Shown here: positions 57,129-64,000 of the stretch, in pieces
How positions within the stretch are numbered: position 1 is the first letter of the stretch
Layout of the letters: each line of letters starts with the position of its first letter
Assembly (NCBI GenBank): GCA_965644495.1
Contig: CBFFSA010000001.1
Coordinates: 1,240,001 to 1,304,000 of the forward strand
Direction of reading: 5' to 3'
Source: Perkinsela sp. CCAP 1560/9
Lineage: Eukaryota; Protista; Euglenozoa: Kinetoplastea
DNA: 64,000 bases
Notes under the pieces: generated by a model
The model's input: only the letters and a program-made list of their open reading frames with translations
What the model was told of the DNA's origin: nothing
Database searches by the model: none
Program-made: the position numbers and the translations under genes

Positions 57129-58466
57129 ATGCATTCCCATTGCCTTCCTGAACCAAAGCACTCTGCTGTCGATGTTACCCTAGCACAGTCTCTTCTGGAC
57201 ACGTGGTACAAAGCCATGGACACCGAAATCCTCTCCCTCCAACTCAAACTCACTCAACGCCTCGACCAACTTACCACCCTCCTCTCCTCCCCTCCCCCTC
57301 CCGTATCCCCCTCTCTCGATGTCGCAACCCAACAAACCCCTCCTCGAAAACCACCCGCGTCCACCTCCTCCGATCGTTCTGTACCACCCCCTACCCTACC
57401 ACCGTTCAACCCCCCTCCTTCCGTTCTCTCCCCTCCCTCCTCTCTTGCCACCACCCACGTCCCGCAGCGTCACGCTGTACTCCCCCACCCCCCCGCCCCA
57501 ACCCCACCCTCCGAGATCAACTACGGGTTGCTCCTCCATGAGTTCAGCCAGGAGCGATGTCCCCTCGGTCCCCGGGAGTCCTCTCCCAGCCCCGCACTCA
57601 CCTCCCCCTTGTTTCCTCGAGTCCCAGAATCGGAAGAAGAGGAAGCCGAAGAAAAAGAACAGCCTCGAACCGCGTCTAGCCGTCCCGTAACGCCTTCCGG
57701 TCATCCTCGTCCTCCTTCTCCTGCTCTACATGAGAGTACGGGACAAAGGGGTAGTGCCGACCCGAACTTGCAGTTTCCTACCCGCTGTGTTGTACCGATG
57801 GTAAGGGGGGGTACCGGGTCTCGACGGCTACCGGAGCCTTCTCCTGGGGTTGCGATCTCCTCGCCTAGCCCTGCTCGACCTTCCCCGGGTCTATTGTTAT
57901 CCTCTTCGTCTTCTCCTGTTTCATCTTCTCCTGTAGAGATGCTTGTTGAGTTCAAACGAAATCGAATTCTACAGTTTCAGTCCGTGCATCGGTACGTCGC
58001 CGGGGACTACGTTGTGGTGGGCGGAGACCGCGGGGAGGATGTCGGTTTGGTAATTTACACCTGGCAACGAGTAGGGGGTGGGGGATCCCCATCGGAGGTC
58101 TTGGCCTCCTGTAACACCCCGCTACCGGTTAGTATGGGTGTGGGGGTTGTGATACGCAAGGCAACCTCGTTGGAAGTTACTCAACTTCATGGCGTGCAGA
58201 CAGAGTTGGAAAAGCGTGCAGTGGAAGTTGCACAAGCTAAAGTTAAGGAACAAAAAATTCCGATGCGTATCATTGATGCGGAATATCAGTTTGACCGGAA
58301 AAAATTAACTTTTTTTTATTATGCAGAACAGCGTCAAGATTTTCGCGATCTTGTGCGAGAGCTCTACAAAGCCTTTCGTGCTCGTATTTGGATGGAAATG
58401 GTGGAAGGTGGACATCTACAGGAATCCGACCATATCAGTGAGGCAAGAGTCATCGAGAAGATATAG
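57129..58466 (+). CDS. PSP1 C-terminal domain protein
   Basis: VVVGGDRGEDVG; DAEYQFDRKKLTFFY...DFRDLVRELYKAFRARIWM. Confidence 0.9.
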   Translation: MHSHCLPEPKHSAVDVTLAQSLLDTWYKAMDTEILSLQLKLTQRLDQLTTLLSSPPPPVSPSLDVATQQTPPRKPPASTSSDRSVPPPTLPPFNPPPSVLSPPSSLATTHVPQRHAVLPHPPAPTPPSEINYGLLLHEFSQERCPLGPRESSPSPALTSPLFPRVPESEEEEAEEKEQPRTASSRPVTPSGHPRPPSPALHESTGQRGSADPNLQFPTRCVVPMVRGGTGSRRLPEPSPGVAISSPSPARPSPGLLLSSSSSPVSSSPVEMLVEFKRNRILQFQSVHRYVAGDYVVVGGDRGEDVGLVIYTWQRVGGGGSPSEVLASCNTPLPVSMGVGVVIRKATSLEVTQLHGVQTELEKRAVEVAQAKVKEQKIPMRIIDAEYQFDRKKLTFFYYAEQRQDFRDLVRELYKAFRARIWMEMVEGGHLQESDHISEARVIEKI

Positions 58467-60273
58467 TTTGGAGAGGGGGGCCAAAAAGGATTTTTCTTTT
58501 TATTATTAATCGAGGCTTCATGTCCAAGATACCGCTAGAAATGCTTTGAATTTCGTCTTTAAAGTACAGGATTCTAGAATGAAACTACATTCCCGGTTAA
58601 CATACCCATAATTTGGATAACATACCGGGGGGTATGTTATTCTAGCCCGCGGCCCCTAACATATCCCCCTCGTCCCATGCCTTTTTTTCCGCGACGGTAC
58701 TAAAATCCAACTGTTATATCACGTAAACCGGGGTACGACTTAATGAACCGGTACCCTTTTATATACCGGGGAGTATAATCGCTACCCAATATACCCCTCG
58801 GCTGGGGACCGTGGAAAACAAAGGGGTAAACAAAGAGAGCGTTTATAGTACCCCCCACCCCCTTGTTTTCCACGGTTCCATCATTTATTTCCTCTTTTAA
58901 CCTCTTTTGCTAAGGTTGTCTACAACGCTTGTCCGCTTTAATTAATACTAATAAATTAATTAACTAATAAATCCCCCGCACACTTATTATTCCATTTTTT
59001 TTATTCAGGAAACACACTTATTATTCCATTTGTTTTAGTATTTTACCTTTGATATTTTTCAATGATGGACCCGGGGTCAAGTTTATGAAGTTTTACGAGT
59101 GCCTTACAGGACTTAAGTCGCTCGTATTCGATCACGAGTGCCATGCGCATCTTGGGGCGCACGCGAGAGTAAGGTAAACACAGGGGGCGGTGCTCCTTCG
59201 TCATGAATCACCAAAAAATATCGATCTTGAAAAAAATGTACTCTGTAAAAACATATCGAGTTTTTTGCAGCTTTTTTTCAGTTTAGGAATGATACAGGTG
59301 TCCACGAGTGAAAAGAACCTCGGATTCGGAACGATTGGGTCGAAAAACAGTCCCATACAATTTTTTTCCAAAATCGAACGAAATACAAGACCTGTAGGGG
59401 GGGTAAAAGACGCTGATCACCACTACATTTCGTTCTTCCAAGCGTTCGCCAAGACCACCCAAAAAGACACTTAAATTTTTAATATAAACCCCCCACAGCG
59501 AATAAGTCACCCCCCTCTTTTTTTGTACAGGGGGGGTACCGTCACCCCCCCCCTCACTTGTCCTACCACGTTACATATCCGCTTTTGAGAATCTGAAGGC
59601 GGATAAGTCATGTGGTAGCCCCTCTGCCCTTGATCATTTTTGAAAATTTAGTTTTCGTATTTTTAAGTTGCAGATATTTAATAGAAACCAGTTACGACTA
59701 TCTCTACAAAGTACGACACTCAGTCTACAGATATTATCTCTTTAAAAACTATTTGAATCATGATGTCCAGAAAGAAGCGAAACTACGAACCATTCAACGC
59801 TAGTCAAGTACTAGTACTCATCACTTTGAAAACTGAAAACACAGCGGTAATGCCCCATGTGGGAGACACGTCTGGAAATATCAGAAAGATCAGAAACTGT
59901 TTTATTAAAAATGATAGCTGTATTATAAATCAGAATAAACTTAAATTGTATTTTCCGTTTTAGCGTTATACTCCTTCCTATCTTTCATAAAATCTATATT
60001 CGCGCACTTTTTGTTTACTTGGGTTTGTTTACATGCTTTAATTCAGTTGATAATTGTTTTTCCCTTGCAAAGACCATTTGTATTCATATACAATGTATTT
60101 AATCTATTAGTTCGTGGGCTCATGTTACCGGTGACACACTTTTTAGCGTAATTAAAATGTACGTTCATTTCAAGTCAAGAATCACGTTATATCACGTTAT
60201 ATTCGGAAATCGATAAAGTTACCGTTTCTGTAAAGAAAACTACTTCCTCTGAAAGTTAGGCACAAACCGAGAT

Positions 60274-60346
60274 GGGGAAGTAAGGTTGGAACCTCCTCGT
60301 GATATTCCCTGGCACTGCCATCTCGCTGATGGTACTGACGCCGACC
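60274..60346 (+). ncRNA. HDV-like ribozyme, copy 1 (two pairing defects)
   Basis: P1 GGGGAAG/ATTCCCT, P2 GGTTGG/CCGACC, P3-L3 ACC-TCCTCGT-GAT, P1.1 GG, P4 TGCCAT/ATGGTA, J4/2 CTGA. Confidence 0.75.
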
Positions 60347-60351
60347 TAATA

Positions 60352-60823
60352 AAGGGGGGGCTCGTTTATTGTTAACATTTTTTTCGAGCATTTTTTGCCA
60401 ACAAAAATCGAATATTAACAATAATCGAACTTTTACCCCCCAATGTTAACATTATACGAGTTGCAATGAAAGTTCGAATATTGTTAATTTGGGTATTTCG
60501 GCACTCTCTGGAGGTCACTGAAGGTCACTGCAATCGCCGGAGCTACTAACGACTCTCCAATGATACCTCTTTAGGGAACTATGTAGTTTTCAAATCCAGT
60601 TTCACCCAAAACTGTGTCTCTGGGGGTTGCCATCGTCGGGCGACCGAAAGTCTGTTGTATCAATAACATGGTTTCGCATATCGTTAAGCGCACCATTTTT
60701 CTTATCAAGAACGCTATACAACATGACCATAGGGAACAAAAAAATTCAAAAGTCACACGAAAAAAACGAAATTAATTCATTGTTAACAATAATCGAATGT
60801 TAACAATAAACGAGCACCCCCTT
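60352..60823. mobile_element. Third-level nested MITE (TA TSD)
   Basis: aagggggggctcgtttattgttaacatt / aatgttaacaataaacgagcaccccctt; subterminal ttaacaataatcgaa repeats. Confidence 0.85.
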
Positions 60824-61091
60824 TAAGTTCGAAAAAGAGTTTTTTCATGTATACGGATGTATACAAAAATGTGTCATACAGTTCCTCTTGATGCTACGTG
60901 ACTTGTCCTACCACGCGACTTATCCGCCTTTTCCGCTTTTTTGGCCTTTTCGCCGGGACAAGTGAGGGGGGGGTGACTGTAAAGGGGGTTACGGCACCGC
61001 TTTGTCGTTCAAAATTTTAAGATCTCCACGTTCCCGCTGTTTTCAGCTCATTTTAAAAGCTTCAAAAAACAAAATTCACTTTTTCCCAAAA

Positions 61092-62114
61092 ATGCCTAAA
61101 TCCGCATATCGGTTGCCGAAAGGGGGACTTACAAACAGTGGAAAAGTTCTATTGAGGATGAGATACGGTCAAGGTGTATCAAAAAAGCAATTGTCTCGTG
61201 ATTTTAACCTCTCAGTAAAGATTGTAAGAAAATACCTTAGCGAAAAAAACTTAACCCAAGAATATACTTTGAGCCCTGAACGAAAAAAATGTATTGAATC
61301 TCGAAGAAATAGAATAAAGAAAATTATTGCCCCTCTCGATCCCGCCGGTGTGCCAAAAATTAACTCGGCTAGGCGAATAAAGGCTAAACTAAGTGGGGGA
61401 GGTACTAAAGTGTCTCAAAGCACGGTGCTTCATGATCTTTCAATCATGGGGTATAACTATAATGCTAGGCCCGTGTGCCAAGGACTCACAAAGTTACAAA
61501 AAAGAAAAAGAGTAGCCTTTTCAAAGAAATACAATATGGATACATCTCGCGTCGTCTTTACAGACGAAAAAGTCTTTGATACTAATGATGGCCGAAAGAA
61601 TATGTGGGTAGCACCCGGTGAAAAAGCCGCTCCACGTCAAAAAGTACGCTGGGCGCCTAGATGTCAAGTTTGGGGTGCTATAGGAGTAGCGTGGAGATAC
61701 TTAGTTGTTCTGGACTCTGACTCGTCTATCACGAGCATGTCCTACATTAAGACGTTAAAAAAGGTACCTTTCCCACGTACGTGTATTTTTCAGCAAGACG
61801 GGGCCACGGCACACACCGCACGCGCCTCTAAGGAGTATATTACGAATAGAATGAAAGATCTATTGAAAAATTGGCCCCCCAATTCACCAGACCTTTCCCC
61901 CATAGAAAACGTCTGGTCTATGGTCCAAGAGGTAGTGGACGAGAAGACCCCATCAGACAAATCCTCACTCATCCGATGCATACGCAATGCGTGGTCTCGT
62001 TTGCCACAAAAAATGATTGATAAAACTGTTTTGAGTTTCGATGCTCGCCTCAAAGCGTGTATAAGATTGAAAGGCGAAAAAGTGAAAAAATGGTACAGTG
62101 CACACAATTATTAG
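61092..62114 (+). CDS. Tc1/IS630-family transposase, DD35E
   Basis: Two HTH-like regions, VFTDEK, FQQDGATAH, WPPNSPDLSPIENVW; 35 residues between the second D and E; uninterrupted frame. Confidence 0.93.
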   Translation: MPKSAYRLPKGGLTNSGKVLLRMRYGQGVSKKQLSRDFNLSVKIVRKYLSEKNLTQEYTLSPERKKCIESRRNRIKKIIAPLDPAGVPKINSARRIKAKLSGGGTKVSQSTVLHDLSIMGYNYNARPVCQGLTKLQKRKRVAFSKKYNMDTSRVVFTDEKVFDTNDGRKNMWVAPGEKAAPRQKVRWAPRCQVWGAIGVAWRYLVVLDSDSSITSMSYIKTLKKVPFPRTCIFQQDGATAHTARASKEYITNRMKDLLKNWPPNSPDLSPIENVWSMVQEVVDEKTPSDKSSLIRCIRNAWSRLPQKMIDKTVLSFDARLKACIRLKGEKVKKWYSAHNY

Positions 62115-62866
62115 TGTAACAATAATTCGTAAAACAAAAATTAGTAAATTTTTAATTAGTAAAACATTTTGCAAAATTCAGGTTTTACACCTTACATTTT
62201 TTTGTTTTTTTCGGAATTCTATCTTTTTTTACGAAACGTTTTCAGATTACTATTATTCAGATTATGTCGCACGAAAGCGAGCAAGATTTCTGTGAGCAAG
62301 ATTTTTATTAATATTATTTTTTGGGGGTGTTTTTTACTCTGTGCTACAGACACATGTTACTTTCCCCGCTCCTGATTTTTTTCTGAATCTCCGACTTTCT
62401 TGTTCGTTATACTCCTATTTTTAAAAGACTTTCTCCGCTCCGCGAACGCGAAACATCGCTCTCTTGTATTTAAGAGATTTTTTTCATATTTAAGAAAATA
62501 CTCATGTAGGGACATTGTATGGGAGGGGGTAAAAGTCAATCCCTTTTGGGGGAATATTCTTTGTAAGGATTTTCTTTGTAATACGCTTCACTGAAGCCTG
62601 ACACACTCAGCATGGGGAAGCATGGTCGGGACCTCCTCGCGGTCTTCCCTAGCATTACCATTTTGCAGATGGTACTAACGCCGACCTTAGAGGAGGCAGC
62701 CTACTCAAGCGACAGAAATACCGTTTCTGTAAAAATTGATTTTATCAAGTTGGCAAATTTTTTGTGGCAGTGCAAAAATTAGTAAAACAAAAATTAGTGA
62801 ATTTTTAATTAGTAAAACTTTTTTACTATTTTACAATAAAAGTTTTACTAATTTTTGCGAGCACTG
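62096..62866. mobile_element. MITE inserted at the transposase stop codon (TA TSD)
   Basis: Left cagtgcacacaattattagtgtaac versus right end reverse complement cagtgctcgcaaaaattagtaaaac; attagtaaaa subterminal repeats. Confidence 0.8.
62614..62686 (+). ncRNA. HDV-like ribozyme, copy 2
   Basis: P1 GGGGAAG/CTTCCCT (G.U at the cleavage site), P2 GGTCGG/CCGACC, P3-L3 ACC-TCCTCGC-GGT, P1.1 AG, P4 TACCAT/ATGGTA, J4/2 CTAA. Confidence 0.85.
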
Positions 62867-63239
62867 TAAATGTTAAATATAAACTATCATGAATAATTTT
62901 TTTGATTCCGGTTTTTAGCGCGCAAAGCCTTTGTGTTGAGATCTGCAAAATGCAACAAAAATCAGTTCAAACGGACACTTGGCTGAAAAGTTAGGTGGGG
63001 TGACTTTTGACTGCGGGGGGTTTATGTGTTCTTTCCTTCTCTCCGACAAATTACCTCTAAACACTCCGTGGCGTTCTATGTTGTCAAAAACTATTTCTTT
63101 TAATATCACCTTGTGTTTTTCAATTAGATCAGTAACATCTTTGTCAACTTTTTTCACTGTATGTTGCCGCTCGTAGTTAAAGCCCCTTTCTCTTTTTTTT
63201 CGTCTACCGCCATTATTCACAATGGCTTGAAAAAAAGCT

Positions 63240-63620
63240 GCACCCTTCTTGATCCTGGAAACCGCGCGAACACTTACCGAGTATTTTTCGCCGAGCTTCT
63301 CATCGGATTCGACTCATCAGATTGACATAGAGCCAGCTTCTGTTGAGTAGTTAAATGATTGTGTGTTATAATTTTTTTCTCGGGCGGCAATGTACTTGGG
63401 TTTTCTTTTATCAAACCGCTATAAGGTATGGGGTTTTATAGAGCACCGACTGTGGGGCAGGAGGAATGGTTGCCCGGTCAACCATGTCGCCCGTGCTGCA
63501 ACACAAAAAGAATTAAAAAAACTTTATGAACGGGTTTCCCCAGTTGGGAGTCTGGACGTGGAAAATATTGGCAACGGAGTCCGTCTCTATCTTCCCCTGT
63601 TCAGATTTCCCATAGTTTCG
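63240..63620 (-). pseudogene. Possible decayed HNH endonuclease with C-terminal HTH
   Basis: Pieces across frames: WEI*TGEDRDG, PVHKVF, H..CP...C...PH, HLTTQQKLALCQSDES / EKLGEKYSVSVRAVSRIKKG. Confidence 0.35.
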
Positions 63621-63979
63621 TACTATGACTCGTTTTGTTTTCTTGTACTATTACTTGTTTTTTATTTTGCTGGGACTCGATGAAAACTCGACTGGCCAAA
63701 AACAAATAAAAAAAGAGTTTGGAGGTTCAAATCAAAGACAAAATGCGTGCAATGGTCCGCAAAATGGTAAAGATACGGGGTCTGTAAACGGCTGTAGAGT
63801 TAATCAAGGACCGATTGTCACGACGAAGAGCTATTATTTCAGTACAAGGAAATTCCGCATTGGACTCATTGTGAACTAATGTGGTGAACCAAAAGTAGTG
63901 ATTCACTACATAAATGTAGTGAGCTAACCCCGTGTAGTGAATCACTACGGGTAAACTCCAGGGTATGAATCGGCGTATA

Positions 63980-64000
63980 CCGTATACCCCCCCAGTAATA
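63980..64000. mobile_element. Left TIR of a second copy of the 14604-14902 MITE (truncated by window end)
   Basis: TA followed by ccgtatacccccccagtaata. Confidence 0.8.

Larger units (their letters stand above)
59539..60979. mobile_element. Nested non-autonomous TIR element (TA TSD)
   Basis: ccgtcacccccc(c)ctcacttgtcc / gggacaagtgagggggg(g)tgactg. Removing it rejoins the host's subterminal sequence as seen in the 20240 copy. Confidence 0.85.
59487..63022 (+). mobile_element. Tc1/mariner (DD35E) transposon carrying three nested MITEs
   Basis: Imperfect TIR aaccccccacagcgaataagtcacccc / ggggtgacttttgactgcggggggtt, TA on both sides, transposase ORF inside. Confidence 0.85.

Noticed and set aside
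59487-63022. Fanzor/TnpB cargo in the Tc1 element
   Set aside because: No ORF with RuvC or zinc-finger motifs is present in the element.

Overview
Eukaryotic DNA, very probably from a kinetoplastid. About 27 intronless genes all lie on the + strand as one directional cluster. They include the euglenozoan ATP synthase subunit ATPTB1, a KREPB-type RNA-editing protein and a PSP1-C protein; a Perkinsela-like lineage is my inference. Housekeeping genes (RPB12, importin-alpha-like, ADAT3, COG3, bromodomain factor, Sec10, Sas10, Nup155/170, SAS-4-like, MSH6) are interleaved with seven members of an LRR family, five of which carry an NLS-like N-terminus. Several intergenic islands are packed with nested mobile elements: a DD35E Tc1/mariner element with its non-autonomous relatives, many TA-flanked MITEs, a PIF/Harbinger-type element inside a decayed Helitron, and a tRNA-headed SINE with a 13-bp TSD. 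The most striking signal is two 73-nt HDV-like ribozyme folds (60274-60346 and 62614-62686). They sit in two different MITE families and flank the Tc1 transposase ORF in the same orientation. All protein calls come from motif recognition, not database searches.
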